From a virus: a stretch of 64,000 nucleotides of DNA. The translations under genes and the position numbers were made by a program. The notes below the pieces were generated by a model. The model was not told the DNA's origin and did no database searches. It was given only the letters and a program-made list of their open reading frames with translations. The stretch is taken from the IMG/VR virus record IMGVR_UViG_3300025674_000015. The stretch is one strand, 5' to 3'. This document shows positions 31,001-40,084 of the stretch, piece by piece. Numbering within the stretch: position 1 is the first letter of the stretch; the number at the start of each line of letters is the position of its first letter.

Positions 31001-31302
31001 ACACTAGTGCGGATCACATTCATTATAACTGGCCTTATGACTTTTTCTCTTTGGTTGAAGTTGCAAAGATTGGCGTTGACATGGAAATGAATCCTAAAAA
31101 AGAAAAGCCCAAGTTCGAACAATTGGGAACTTTACAGGAGATTTCACCAATTAAACAACCAGAAGAGGATTTGATCAAACAACCACCGGCAGAAGTAGCT
31201 ACATTTGAGCCGGCAAATCAGATTCCAGTTGTTGCAGAGCCAACAATTCAAACAGCTTTGGTTTCTAGTCTTCCAAGCATAATTTTTGGAGAAGATGAAT
31301 AA
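22045..31302 (+). CDS. Giant (3085 aa) baseplate wedge/fibre-attachment protein with LamG domains (gp7-like)
   Basis: TVEFW...SLDEFRYW LamG-type motifs; IYKSKGTENSFRNLIRCFG resembles the gp7/gpI-type wedge motif. Confidence 0.7.
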   Translation: MSLKKYFAEGYSKNSLPNTGDQVKSEVESLKYIKARSEENNKFIPHVDFSSASNFARYGSAEKYYEDAFTHIYQEYPYDGSLKEKTEWDNSLLFVDRYVFDNLYPRTTGYVKLGEEYGTLEASVSDYGGVPTASYEYIRINGGPNLYFEPPGERDLPASTYLKLDNANRFKLDEGRSSNLNFDLSSAKSGSTVEFWMHKQAMVSNSTTNREVIFDLWNGHNSQSADYGRLTIEMQTVDTTNPLFKVTAQSGSPASGFFSQDIGTLTRNDVIETTAHYAFAFKNEDSSIKVSFYHNGELNEEKLLGTSINAVTGAMRANIGSLVHSPSGTAYMPSVVGSETMNGWGKLSASLDEFRYWRSERDAKEIKRYYRTQVGGGTNTDFDKHDKFSPVELGVYFKFNEGITQTSSVDSVVLDYSGRVSNGVWTGYAQSSRDTGSLIDNASINDVAEFKDPIIYSFHPTVVSKLDELKTEGRMHDQQNTALLYNNFPSWMLQEDSESTLYRLTQIIGSYFDNLHLHVEALPRLKDTTYPSASFKPRPYGEKLLDSVGLDAPELFIDTKLIEIFEARDEKVIYEKDLSEVKNLIYQNIYNNLVNIYKSKGTENSFRNLIRCFGVDSEILNVNIYSDNDVYTFEENYKPNSVRKTYLDFNGAGTFDSYAATVYLTASATDALAGPGYISASNDYRMYYIPFSMESDVIFPRKVSQLGELGFRSSTFLSSSIFGLHLADPDTHGSDTTWPSYDQDLRVYAVRSGGSSRNAKFVLTGSLQSGASSVLIETDTYLDVYDEAKWNFAVRLKHEDFPYTNGIDGTVDPSKKYVLEFYGAAFEAGFIRQSFHKSASIELGTPVQDILRKPKRPYIGAHRTNFTGSVQEYSDAKIGSFRFWQSYLDNEAVQAHARDPRNVGSLNPSKNAFFLDDSLTGSNIPQIETLVMNWEFQKENNLTSSAGGVIEDILDWSSGSTETKYDTQHKFLGAILNRAHTGRGFGFSGSSGQMFKDEYVFVHEQQPIETVNSDSTVNILSEDDELFTRDSRPVKHVVTVEKSMNRVVSNEMLKYFGSMKDLNNIVGEPVNRYRKEYKALSKIRHLFYEKVQNTPDIDKFLDFYKWLDFSVNYMVSQLSPASAQVSAEFGDVIESHILERNKYHNKFPSMKDALPKKPLSAVPKLSRPGRSFLTSPIDPGSFPSQIKDLHWWKYKARKADIGNSSGDAVVDADRQTIGDSITQTMERQDTALLKNFEVSDHSSPRYSIHGGINYPLAKKTDYILSAVRPHGPAIDVSGMLLPLNAMTIASSSITASLNKFNANTDFALDFPNAKRRIQFKAINQREDENSTDKSYASAKGDIFAPFSLFSGTVETGYNKEVVDEFASGVVLTNLHSDDYGSHGETPVQGPFTFAHVGGRKHRHVRPNRSSSYDNFTTTNGLDDERTRPEAFKLLLGAESSTTGETGLIGLVGPDYPALDDTLYPDVDTAFSTYYRNTLSKRPLNIRNISYNTSSAILGNYRSNHEVVNTTGRKENNLYFRLNGASASYSPSAYLTGVVDFELPDRSSKKTKSVFVSRFSAPGGPEVNARGFLDLEAEEYSVYNALPYRNLTVRQPLNQLLSQHAGPFGLNWLNGVEGGHFPAINQGGNIYAPFPNPAAEFLSTSSLDGSQVASFHKVNRNRGRKLILSGTAGTTVVSASQFDNAFITHPIPRSDLQYSWITASAEYSRYLGHAPADGYYFITTAGEIPAIEFLTGSDREETPDFAGINRFLYETVDTETNTVGELPSESDINKLILHRGGPYGYPSWKQVRQGQHAIIREQNKKSVFSLTDDPVTVSGDGYILKPARETITNFTESAVSFNNRPMQVELRFRDSDYNFKFSYGNFKELFKSAEVNKRLKNFNPSFNLDPEVKPYETIKKLSQDPEVAITKLVYSEGVFPKEENAGLNRTRDKEDYAEIAGTGSNGYDRISLDRRKFWGADDDRLRTSESTVTRKPHTHAASGSYLNSLGYKYGSSVWPLELSVYPTGTVYDDFVGFLPAPAPAIQEYHSYAAGAAYVTGNLKTVAGGAFGELHISLGAGDRSGAQLTLSPLPAVTGNNIILDPNLKGMFGTVNYHGGESPLGSDERLLLAYKYPTASIFYSYLPELGFSSSAEFVFPHRVHEQAGRYPWYDTYQDYADELRRLGKGYSILPEYKMSENIDTLLDSANLFKNNKMLTLAGAGDVTSSAHASGSTELERFFKEYSHSDFLSEFSDVKQDFSNFSLEKLTLKCKGVKKILPYNGFYPVTRTTQLASLLSQSVAPYLSGSYYGSAHADPNAQFAFTERPLSGALAVQSLMQPFFAPGIMYNTIKSGIACDWPSYTGSLDLLDTEQIQTPALFAVSFIATQAPNYRIPFEIMTDLEFEKALPEEEVYLFAPDKVNPKDPTAAANDNPFLRYPFFKLTKERISKRRPNFELASQNFFGEVPKFFLDGGKLNYFKSKRNKEFKPFVSGNTYYMDVKLYKTDNFDMIRSAVSGVVYNSLDAVNPTDGNINDRPRSYHGRYFGPPMQYHTNSLGVIVHRGLEYSDPAYAPFTPPYFYGESKVTVAYTADKENPTVEEILSKATYTYTNSALNGDYAGSGSDVGIFKRLQATGSFHPPVDYVSAAQKAMMNISSSVNLRGRKIESKQERDTSGGTITFKTLDGTPGEDDVWVISPKFECPTLNFSGSPEQHPAEYSGAVGMWSSYGTEPLAGQGIFLELGDTYTKGLVAENTGSLIEQCGFDSSNDKFGNEGFDATTLKRRIGRVAKSKKISEAIVAIPFFEKEIKQISLNLEQKSSTPSSMFSTVTRDEYNGRHFVGINKEVFNVQRRNVLDFNSPALKKGFSFKGETLEQDIKNTSVSNMIKKMNKFVIPPQFDFLNFDSIDPFVMYIFEFEAELNKQDLSDIWQGVMPAPRKNNGFAAELQEVEISHGFSKFEFYEGNQNFLFGQKDNKVRWLVFKVKQRAEKFYANIADPQYIDGEKKLVKNTSADHIHYNWPYDFFSLVEVAKIGVDMEMNPKKEKPKFEQLGTLQEISPIKQPEEDLIKQPPAEVATFEPANQIPVVAEPTIQTALVSSLPSIIFGEDE

Positions 31303-32357
31303 TGGCATTTTTTGATAAAAAAGAAGAAGTAATGAAAATGGAGCTAACTCCATATGGAAGATATCTTCTTTCTGTTGGCAAGCTAAGACCGCACTATTAT
31401 GCCTTCTTTGACGATGATATTGTTTATGACTCAAATTGGGCCGGCTTCTATGAGCCACAAAAAGATATACATGATAGAATTAAAGAGCAGGCCAGAAAAA
31501 AACCACAACCTTCAAACATGTCGGCGGAGGAAAGGGTTAGAAAGTCAAACAATGTTTCACGGTCGCGTGTTCAAGCAGATGTGGACAGAACAGAGCTAGC
31601 TAGGCAAGAATACTCTGAAAGAAATTATGTCTTACCTTTACCTATGGGCACATCCGATCAACTGTATGATTATGCTCCGGCTTGGTCTGTGAACATGCCT
31701 AATATTGGAATAAAAAGTAATACACAACAAATAACCGGTTCACATGCCTCTGTTCGAATCCCACAGGTTGAATTGGAAGATATCTTGGTGGTCGCAAAAG
31801 TGGAAGATGAAGGAAACCCAAATCTAGACTTTGATAAGTGTGAAGATCCTTTTGACGATATCCTAGGACTTCAACCGTTCAACGATGGATCATTCATTTC
31901 AGTCCAAGATGATTATATTTTAATTGACATTGAAGAATTAAATTCTGAGTTTAAAAATGAAAATATTGAAATTGAATTTTTTAAAAGCGCGACAAAGTTT
32001 CCCGGACTGGGGCAGACAACAAAGCAAGAAGTGTGGGAACAATTATATTTTAAAGAAAGAGAGTTAGAAATTGATGATCATGGATTACTAATCGATCAAG
32101 AAGATGAATCCGAAGAGTTAATCAACATGAGGCAACAACAGGCAATTGATAATACCTTTGCTGCACATTATTTCGAAATTTTGGTAGATAAGGAAATACC
32201 AGACAGTATTTTATGTTTGCCAAATGAACAGGGTCGTTTGAAAGTTTTCAATAAACAGGCCATCAATTGTGATGCGATTGAGGAAGATGAGTTGACAAAA
32301 GTTGAGAACTTATATAACAGCGATTTTGAAGACGGCACGGATATTTGCGAAGACTAA
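31302..32357 (+). CDS. Baseplate/tail-collar-like structural protein
   Basis: LTPYGRYLLS...YAFFDDDIVYD resembles the N-terminus of 37972..38919. Confidence 0.6.
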   Translation: MAFFDKKEEVMKMELTPYGRYLLSVGKLRPHYYAFFDDDIVYDSNWAGFYEPQKDIHDRIKEQARKKPQPSNMSAEERVRKSNNVSRSRVQADVDRTELARQEYSERNYVLPLPMGTSDQLYDYAPAWSVNMPNIGIKSNTQQITGSHASVRIPQVELEDILVVAKVEDEGNPNLDFDKCEDPFDDILGLQPFNDGSFISVQDDYILIDIEELNSEFKNENIEIEFFKSATKFPGLGQTTKQEVWEQLYFKERELEIDDHGLLIDQEDESEELINMRQQQAIDNTFAAHYFEILVDKEIPDSILCLPNEQGRLKVFNKQAINCDAIEEDELTKVENLYNSDFEDGTDICED

Positions 32358-32369
32358 AGGGAACAATAT

Positions 32370-35198
32370 ATGTCAATTACATCTAAATTTGCATTTAATA
32401 AAGTAAAATCTATGCCAATCGAATCGATGCTTCCGATTGTTTTTATCGATAGTGTTTCAATTGAAGAGGAGATTGTCAACGTTGGAGCGGCTATTTTAGA
32501 AAACGAAAAGGCTAGCTTCAAAGAGTTGCTGGAATCTTTTTCTAAAGATTATAACAAGGTTTTTTGCACATATATTGTTGCCTTTAAAGGAAACTATGAA
32601 GATTCTAATTTTAACGAAGAAGAGTTTAAAAAATCTGTCATAATGGGCAATTACAATCAACAGAGTGTGATGATTGCAAAATATTCTTTTGACGACTATT
32701 CTAAAACAAAGTCGATTGTAAAAGGCGAAGCCGGAGAGAAATACAAAATCAATTATTTATCTCATAATTTTTTCATGAAAGTAGAGAACGATTTAACTAT
32801 ATTTTCTTTTTCATATTTAAATTTAAACGAGATCTTAGCTAGCGGAGATATAACAGCACCTCCGGTTTTTGAAGCTTCCTCTGCTGGTCCAATTTCTACG
32901 TTGATCGCAGTTCGAAATGGAGAGACAGTCGCAGAAGAAGTTAAATATGTCGATGGTGAGGGTAATGATGTCCATGGTCAAACTAGTAATCATGATTTTT
33001 CAAAACTGACATATGAGCAAAAGAAAGATTTCATAGAGCAAGAGACTAGTAAGGAATTAAGCGATTCAACAAGAAGAGAAATAGAAAGTGCAATCCAATC
33101 TTACAATCAAAACTATTCCGGTGTTATTTCTGGATTAGAATATCCAGCAGGTTCTCCTGTCCCGCCACCCTCCGGCCTATTCTTAACAGAGGAAAGGCAG
33201 GAAGTTTTAAATGTATCTAATTTTAAAATTAAACAAGAAATAGAAAAATTTAAATTAGATTTCAATTTAATTGAGAAAATTCCATCTCCCGGAATTCAAA
33301 GATTAGGTTCGCAAGAACATGTTAAGACGACAATCAAGCCATCATATACAACTGAACTTTGGATGTCTAGAAACCCTGATAATTCATATGGAATTTCTTT
33401 TATTTTAGATTCTTATGAGGTTTTAGCGGAGAATAGTTTCTTTTCCGGTTTGATCAAGAAAATGGTCAAAAGTAGAAAAGCAGATGAATTATTTTTGAAC
33501 AGTAATGTATTAGATGTATTAGATATAAGCATTTACAGAAAAAAAGTTAAAAACGAAGTTGGAACTTCCTTTCCACTTTCTAATGACAACATTGAACAAG
33601 ATAGAGACGCCATTCCGGAACTAGTGTTGGATAAAGGTGTCAAGACAAAAGTCATGGTGGAGAAGGGAAGTAAGTATGGAATCCCAGACAACTTTTTAAT
33701 TATGAAGTTTAAAGATGAAGATATCAAACAAAAACAATCCGGATATTATCAATATTCTATGCGCGCCAGCTTGTCCGATCCTATTTTCAGATATATGTCC
33801 GGGATCTTGACGACATTAAAAAACAACTTAAGCAAGATTGAAAATTATTTGAATTTGTCTTCTATAGCTGGAGGTTTTAAAACAACCTACAATGGGCTGG
33901 ATTCGGATTCAAATCATGAAAACAGATATATACAGAAGCAGGATAGAGCCATGACACAAGCAGAATTGGAAGGACATTATGATCCAATTGCTGATAGGTT
34001 TACAGAGACATGGGCAGAAAACGGAATAGAATTATTTGAAAAAGACATTGAGCCGGCAATTAATTATTATACAAACGTGTCTTATCTTTTCACAAGTTTT
34101 ATTAAAAAAGAAATGGCAAATAAGGATTTGTTTATTTTAACTTCGCCAATTACAGGAACTCCTCGTGGTATCATGGTGTTGCAAGATCTTTATAAAAATT
34201 TGATTAGTATTTTGTCTTCTCTGTTTAAGACAAAGTCAAATAAAAACAAAGATCGCGCCGGCTCTGCCGATCCAAAAAAGGAAAAGTCAAAATCGAACGC
34301 GCCAACAAGAACTTTTAATATAGAAGTTAATTTTTCAAAAATACTAAACACACAAGACAAGAAACTGTATGGCTATGATTTTCTAGGTGTATCTGACTCT
34401 CAAAATGAATTTAATTTAAATAAGTTTCCAACAATCTCGGCTAGTGATTGGAAAAGGAGACTAGAGAAGGAAGAAGAAAAGTTTTCTTTTGATGAAGACA
34501 TTGCAACGCAGTTTGACCCGGAAATGTTGACACCATATGCTATGGTTAGCCCGGAGAACAAAATAGATTTTTTTAAAGAAAGTTCAAATAGTATAAAATA
34601 TTATGACACAGAGTTAAAAGTGGTCTATTCAAATAAAATTTCAGAAAAAGAAAACAATATTAATGTTTATAGTTCTATTTTGGATAAAAATTTGGTCAAT
34701 GCTGACGCAAGGCATATGGAATCTTTGTTTTCAAGCCTAACAGGGTTTTCCACAACTTTTGAAAATAAAAAACTAATTGATGATTTAACTAATGATTCTT
34801 ATATGGTGTCGGCAACGGATACACTAGCTGTTGATTCGATCACTTCATTTGATAAAGTAAAGAAAAGTTTTAAACAAGCTCCGCTTGGGTTAAATGAGTT
34901 GGAATTGTTGACAAAAGTTTTGGAATTAGAAATCGGTGATAAGATGGAAGAACAGTCGGAAAAGTCTTTACGCTCTTATCTTCGCCTGAATAAAGAAAAC
35001 ATGATAAAAGTTCAGTATCTTGCAGGATTTGAGAAAAGCAGGGAAAAAGATTTTGTAAAAAGACCAACTTGGCAAAATCTAACTTCAATCGATGACTTCA
35101 ATTCAGAATTTGTTATATGTAGGATCTCCAAAGTTAGTAAAAATAATAATTACGATTTACCTATTTATAATAAATATTTCATCATCATGGGGATTTAG
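32370..35198 (+). CDS. Hypothetical protein (942 aa), probably structural
   Basis: Long ORF inside the baseplate module; no recognised motif. Confidence 0.7.
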   Translation: MSITSKFAFNKVKSMPIESMLPIVFIDSVSIEEEIVNVGAAILENEKASFKELLESFSKDYNKVFCTYIVAFKGNYEDSNFNEEEFKKSVIMGNYNQQSVMIAKYSFDDYSKTKSIVKGEAGEKYKINYLSHNFFMKVENDLTIFSFSYLNLNEILASGDITAPPVFEASSAGPISTLIAVRNGETVAEEVKYVDGEGNDVHGQTSNHDFSKLTYEQKKDFIEQETSKELSDSTRREIESAIQSYNQNYSGVISGLEYPAGSPVPPPSGLFLTEERQEVLNVSNFKIKQEIEKFKLDFNLIEKIPSPGIQRLGSQEHVKTTIKPSYTTELWMSRNPDNSYGISFILDSYEVLAENSFFSGLIKKMVKSRKADELFLNSNVLDVLDISIYRKKVKNEVGTSFPLSNDNIEQDRDAIPELVLDKGVKTKVMVEKGSKYGIPDNFLIMKFKDEDIKQKQSGYYQYSMRASLSDPIFRYMSGILTTLKNNLSKIENYLNLSSIAGGFKTTYNGLDSDSNHENRYIQKQDRAMTQAELEGHYDPIADRFTETWAENGIELFEKDIEPAINYYTNVSYLFTSFIKKEMANKDLFILTSPITGTPRGIMVLQDLYKNLISILSSLFKTKSNKNKDRAGSADPKKEKSKSNAPTRTFNIEVNFSKILNTQDKKLYGYDFLGVSDSQNEFNLNKFPTISASDWKRRLEKEEEKFSFDEDIATQFDPEMLTPYAMVSPENKIDFFKESSNSIKYYDTELKVVYSNKISEKENNINVYSSILDKNLVNADARHMESLFSSLTGFSTTFENKKLIDDLTNDSYMVSATDTLAVDSITSFDKVKKSFKQAPLGLNELELLTKVLELEIGDKMEEQSEKSLRSYLRLNKENMIKVQYLAGFEKSREKDFVKRPTWQNLTSIDDFNSEFVICRISKVSKNNNYDLPIYNKYFIIMGI

Positions 35199-35203
35199 TT
35201 TAG

Positions 35204-37921
35204 ATGAAAAGTCCAAAAGGAAGAAAAGAAGGCTTTTATAACGCAGAGTATGTTGCAAAAATGGTGGATTCGGAACTGTTCCAGCCCTCCATAAAAAGGT
35301 TTGTGTCGACATATAATTTAGATGAAGCTGATGTAAAAGATAAATTTAGACTTCTTTTTGGAAGATTTTGGGTTGAATCTCCCGGAAAAGAGCGCACAAT
35401 TGTACATTTTGCGGATATAGCAAAGGGAAGCATGCCGCTTTCGTTTGATAGAATAGAATTCAAAGAGTTTAAAGCAGGGTCAGCCGACAAAAAATATCCA
35501 TATGGTGTGTACACACAGGAGATGGTTTATAAGCCTAGGTCAAATGACAAAGATAATGAAATTAAAACACTGGACGATGGTGTCAAATTAGGCGAGGCAA
35601 ACTCTTACTTTGATCATTATTTCAACTTTCCTAATCCCTTTGGAGCTTCTGGAGAATATCAAACTAGAAACCGGCCACAAAATCCATATTATTATGAATT
35701 AACATCAGATTATAACTATTTTGTTAGAAAGTATGAAAATGCCATAGAAGATCCCAAAGTTCCGGAAACAATCTTGCCGAAGGTTTATGCTGATCTTAAG
35801 CTGTCTATAGAACTTACCGACTTGTTGGCTGAAATATTTGGAAAGAATGCATCAGGTAAAATTAAAAGCAAAAGAGATTATGATTATTTTTCAAATTATG
35901 GCGTTGTCATTGAAAATTTGATTAACGTTCCAAAGTATCAAAAACTAAAAGACCGTATTATAACAAGAGAAGAGTCGAAGTCAATTGTCCCCGGATCACT
36001 GCCAAAAAAGGCTTCTGCTATTTATCCAATGTCTTCTGCTCTTAAGTGGAGAATGGATGGTAGTAAAGATATTACTAAAATATTGAAAGAGTCAAATATT
36101 TTATCTGATGTTTATAATGCCTTTGAAAATCGCGGGTTTCAAAGGCAAGAGGGAAAAACAAACTTCAAATATTCAGACGGTATAGAGGTAACAAACTATT
36201 CAACTTTTTTAAGATTTATACCACCACTTCAGCTTTCTGCTAATTCAGGGGTAGATCTTTTCAATAACAAAATAAAATCTTTATTGAAAACACACTTTCG
36301 TTCGTTCAAAGAGATAATGGAAGGAGTGCCGGCTTATTCTGAAATTATAGCTTATAAAGTTGAAAAATATGATGAAAAAAATAAATTGTTACAAACATTA
36401 TATGTACAAAACTTACCTGAAACTGATATTTTTGAATACATGGATGCTCAAGTTAAATATCAAAAACTTTATAAATATAAGGTTTCTGCTCTTTGTTTTG
36501 TGTTGGGGACAAAATATTGGTTTGAAGATGGTACTAGTAAAAAATTGCCCGTTGAAGGCCCCGTTGGACCAAGCGCAGAAGAAGTAATTAAATTAATCGA
36601 GAAAGACTTTAAGCAGTCCATCGAAACAAAAATAACCCCCAAAGAGACTATCAACGATCTATATAGACCTAGTATTGCTCCGGTGGTAAGAAGTGAAACC
36701 CAACCACCGGATGATGAATTTGAAGGGGTCGAAAGGGAGCCGAGGTCTTTTGAAGATCAGGAATCTACAGCAGATGCAGATCCATCGGCTTCACCCGGCC
36801 CGGATGATCCCATGGGTTTTGACACCAGAAAGCCTAGTGATAGGCATGACCAGTTAAAAAAAGATAAAAACCTACCATCTCCGAGTGATGTTTTGAATAA
36901 CATGGTTGTTCCATATGTTGTGAATTGTGCCCCATCTTTGCAGTTGATTGAAGTCCCTTATTTTGAGGATCAAACCTTTATCATTGGAAACCCTCCCATG
37001 CCACCGGATGTGGATGTTGTTCCATATGTTAACAAAGATGATAGAATGCTCTTCAATTTAAATGCTAGAATTGAAACCATGGAAATGATGCCAATATCAA
37101 TTTTACCTTCTGATGAAGCAGAGTTTGAAAAGTTTGATAAAAAAGTTAAAGATGGAAGGCTAATTTTTAAATCTGATTTTGGAGAGCCACTCAAGGCATT
37201 TCAAATATTTAGAACAGAAAAAAAACCAAAATCATATATGGATTTTTCAAATTCACTTTTAGCAACAATAGAGACAAATTGCATTGCAAACGCAGCTTCG
37301 TTTGTCGATAAAAAAATAAGATCGAATAGAAAATATTATTATACTTTTCGTTCGATAGACCGACATGGCCACATCTCAAACCCTAGTCCGGTTTATGAAG
37401 TTCAGTTAATCAACGATAGTGGATATGTTTATTCAATTGTTCGGAATGTAGAGTTGGATAATAAGATCAAAAAAGAGATTAGCCGCTCCGCAAAAAAATA
37501 TATTTATATTCGTCCGGATGACCAACATACCGTTGTTGATTCTAGACAGTTTGAAGATTCTGTTAATATAAAATCTTCTATAGAATTAGGAAAAAAAGTA
37601 GCCCGAGCACAAAGGGATAAAGAAACGGTCGAATCTAATATACCACTTCAGGAAGCATCTGCTCTCCTAGGAGAGTCTAATGCCCCAATAGTATCTGATC
37701 CATCATTTGACACCAGAGTGGAAGATCAGCTGGTGTCAGCCAAAGATTTAAAAAATGTTAGATTAGGCGAATACACATTAGATAACGAACAGCTTTGGAA
37801 TAGACGATTTAAATTACGAATCAAATCCAAAAAAACAGGAAGAATTATAGATTTTAATTTTAAATGCAAAAAGTCTTTTAAACCTTATGAGCCTGAAGAG
37901 CAAAAAAAGGATTTGTGCTGA
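35204..37921 (+). CDS. Hypothetical protein (905 aa), probably structural, with FN3/Ig-like segments
   Basis: YKYKV and YYYTFRSID...HISNPSPVY are FN3-like strands. Confidence 0.65.
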   Translation: MKSPKGRKEGFYNAEYVAKMVDSELFQPSIKRFVSTYNLDEADVKDKFRLLFGRFWVESPGKERTIVHFADIAKGSMPLSFDRIEFKEFKAGSADKKYPYGVYTQEMVYKPRSNDKDNEIKTLDDGVKLGEANSYFDHYFNFPNPFGASGEYQTRNRPQNPYYYELTSDYNYFVRKYENAIEDPKVPETILPKVYADLKLSIELTDLLAEIFGKNASGKIKSKRDYDYFSNYGVVIENLINVPKYQKLKDRIITREESKSIVPGSLPKKASAIYPMSSALKWRMDGSKDITKILKESNILSDVYNAFENRGFQRQEGKTNFKYSDGIEVTNYSTFLRFIPPLQLSANSGVDLFNNKIKSLLKTHFRSFKEIMEGVPAYSEIIAYKVEKYDEKNKLLQTLYVQNLPETDIFEYMDAQVKYQKLYKYKVSALCFVLGTKYWFEDGTSKKLPVEGPVGPSAEEVIKLIEKDFKQSIETKITPKETINDLYRPSIAPVVRSETQPPDDEFEGVEREPRSFEDQESTADADPSASPGPDDPMGFDTRKPSDRHDQLKKDKNLPSPSDVLNNMVVPYVVNCAPSLQLIEVPYFEDQTFIIGNPPMPPDVDVVPYVNKDDRMLFNLNARIETMEMMPISILPSDEAEFEKFDKKVKDGRLIFKSDFGEPLKAFQIFRTEKKPKSYMDFSNSLLATIETNCIANAASFVDKKIRSNRKYYYTFRSIDRHGHISNPSPVYEVQLINDSGYVYSIVRNVELDNKIKKEISRSAKKYIYIRPDDQHTVVDSRQFEDSVNIKSSIELGKKVARAQRDKETVESNIPLQEASALLGESNAPIVSDPSFDTRVEDQLVSAKDLKNVRLGEYTLDNEQLWNRRFKLRIKSKKTGRIIDFNFKCKKSFKPYEPEEQKKDLC

Positions 37922-37923
37922 AC

Positions 37924-37950
37924 AAGACTATTTAAGTAAAAGACTATTTA
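37924..37950 (+). promoter_or_regulatory. Tandem AAGACTATTTA (x2), candidate late promoter
   Basis: Exact 11-nt direct repeat at 37924-37934 and 37940-37950 in an intergenic gap. Confidence 0.55.
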
Positions 37951-37971
37951 TTTTAAAAAGAGGAAAAAAAT

Positions 37972-38919
37972 ATGGGCTTTTTAGACAATTCCGGAGACAT
38001 CATACTTGATGCGGTTCTTACCGACACAGGTAGAATGCGTTTAGCAAAGGGCGACGGCAGCTTTAAGATCGTAAAGTTCGCTCTTGGCGACGATGAAATC
38101 GACTATTCCACTTATAATGACGCTCATACATCAGGGTCAGCGTACTTTGATTTAGAGATTCTACAAACACCAGTTTTAGAAGCTTTTACAAACAATGCTT
38201 CTTCGATGAAACACAAGCTAGTTTCTTATTCTAGAAACGATCTTCTTTATCTTCCTACGATCCAGTGGTTTTCAAATGCGTCTAGCACCACTCCTCATGG
38301 TAACTTTTCAAATGAAGTTGCAAAAGTTCTTGTTGATTCTGCAACAGTCACAGGGTTGGCAGCGACTAACTCACAAGATCAATATATGAAATATGATGAA
38401 TCTGGTGAAGTTATCATTTTAGAGCAGGGTCTAGACACGACAGAGATTTCTTGGAGAGAGACTATTCAATCCGATCTTATTGAAACTCAATATATTGTTG
38501 AAATGGACGATCGATTAGGAAAGTTGTTTTCTGGAGATCGACTGAATGGAAATCGACAATCGGCAGTTCCTTCTTTTATTGATGACGATAATATTGCCAG
38601 TTATTATTTGAGTCTGGGTGTTAACGATTCTTTTGTTAAAGATAGCGAAACTTATAGTCCATGGGCTAGAAAGCTTAAAGAGACGGACACCACCGCCACA
38701 CCAGACGGGCCAATTAAAGGGCCTTTTGGAACTGCGTTGCTTTTGTTCGTCAAACCTAGCATCAACTTGCAAACCAGTAATTTCTACTTTACTAGGCTGG
38801 GTAGAGAAGCAGTCATCGACGCGGTTAATGTCTACATCTTAGACACAACTGTACGAATCACTGGCGCAACCACCGGTTATTCAATTGACATTCCTGTTAG
38901 ATATATTAAGAAAAGATAA
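37972..38919 (+). CDS. Tail-collar/baseplate structural protein (P2 gpH N-terminal-like start)
   Basis: AVLTDTGRMRLAKG...KFALGDD. Confidence 0.65.
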   Translation: MGFLDNSGDIILDAVLTDTGRMRLAKGDGSFKIVKFALGDDEIDYSTYNDAHTSGSAYFDLEILQTPVLEAFTNNASSMKHKLVSYSRNDLLYLPTIQWFSNASSTTPHGNFSNEVAKVLVDSATVTGLAATNSQDQYMKYDESGEVIILEQGLDTTEISWRETIQSDLIETQYIVEMDDRLGKLFSGDRLNGNRQSAVPSFIDDDNIASYYLSLGVNDSFVKDSETYSPWARKLKETDTTATPDGPIKGPFGTALLLFVKPSINLQTSNFYFTRLGREAVIDAVNVYILDTTVRITGATTGYSIDIPVRYIKKR

Positions 38920-38930
38920 GGAAAAATAAA

Positions 38931-40082
38931 ATGGCAACAACTTTTAAAACGTTCTTGAATAATGACAAGACAACCTCTAGAACTTTGCTTCATGAGTCGA
39001 TTCCAATTACAGGCTCTATTGTTTCTGGAACATATGACACTGCTGCCGGTGTCTCTAGAAACATTAAAGATTTCAGCCATGGCATGTTCCAGTCTGTTTA
39101 TGACTATCCTTATCTCAGTTCGTCTGCGAACCATATTTTTGATGTTACGGTTGGTTATGCTTCCACGTCTCACGCATCTGCTTCGACGAGTACACAAAAC
39201 TCCAAAAAGATCAATGTCTACAACTCCATGGCGCAGGTATTGGCTGGTAACGATGTTACCGGTTCAATTCTAGAGTTTGATGAAGACGGTGATTATGAAG
39301 CCGGCGGAAGCAAACTTAAGGAAGTTTTCATCCTGAACTTTGCTAGGCTTTTGTCAAAAGACGAAATTCAAAAAGGCTCCTTCCAGCTCCAGCTTGGACT
39401 TTCCGGAACACAAGGTGCAGATCGTTTTGGAACCGGTGGAAACTTTGCAAACGACTTTATCCTGAACATTACAGACGCTAGCGGCTCGAATCGGTACTAT
39501 ACCAACTCCCCCGCCGGCGAGTATGGAATTCTTTTTGCAACAGCTTCGGCCACTTCCGGTGATGGAAGTCAACTTCTGGCAAACTCTGGCTATAGACCTT
39601 GCGGTTTGTTGTATTATCAAGCCGGTATTGCAGTTCTTTCAGGTTCTGTGTTTACTAGCAATACAGACGGTGGTCTGCTCAATTCTTCTATTTACAACGT
39701 TAATGATCCCGCTGTTTCACCAACGAACGCCGGAACTGTAACGTTTGAACAAGCTTTGACTGGGAACAATATTCAAACTATTTCTGACTCTATTCGGAAC
39801 AGAATTTACAACGTTCAGTTCAACAACACAACTGAATTGAATTCGACAATTTACTTCTGCCGAGTAAATCATAATGAATTCAACTATAGTTCAAACCCAA
39901 CTTATGTCTCTGATAGTAAAATTAGAGTTAAAAGAGATGACACTGACACTCCCGTTTCTTACTTTACAACCGTTGGCCTTTACTCTGCTGACAATGAGCT
40001 TCTGGCGGTTGCAAAGCTGTCTGAGCCTATCAAGAAGACCCCTGAGAACGAAGTAACCCTAAGAGTGCGTTTGGATTACTAA
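38931..40082 (+). CDS. Tail-collar/baseplate structural protein
   Basis: C-terminal FNYSSNPTY...YFTTVGLYSADNELLAVAKLSEPIKK...VRLDY. Confidence 0.7.
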   Translation: MATTFKTFLNNDKTTSRTLLHESIPITGSIVSGTYDTAAGVSRNIKDFSHGMFQSVYDYPYLSSSANHIFDVTVGYASTSHASASTSTQNSKKINVYNSMAQVLAGNDVTGSILEFDEDGDYEAGGSKLKEVFILNFARLLSKDEIQKGSFQLQLGLSGTQGADRFGTGGNFANDFILNITDASGSNRYYTNSPAGEYGILFATASATSGDGSQLLANSGYRPCGLLYYQAGIAVLSGSVFTSNTDGGLLNSSIYNVNDPAVSPTNAGTVTFEQALTGNNIQTISDSIRNRIYNVQFNNTTELNSTIYFCRVNHNEFNYSSNPTYVSDSKIRVKRDDTDTPVSYFTTVGLYSADNELLAVAKLSEPIKKTPENEVTLRVRLDY

Positions 40083-40084
40083 AC

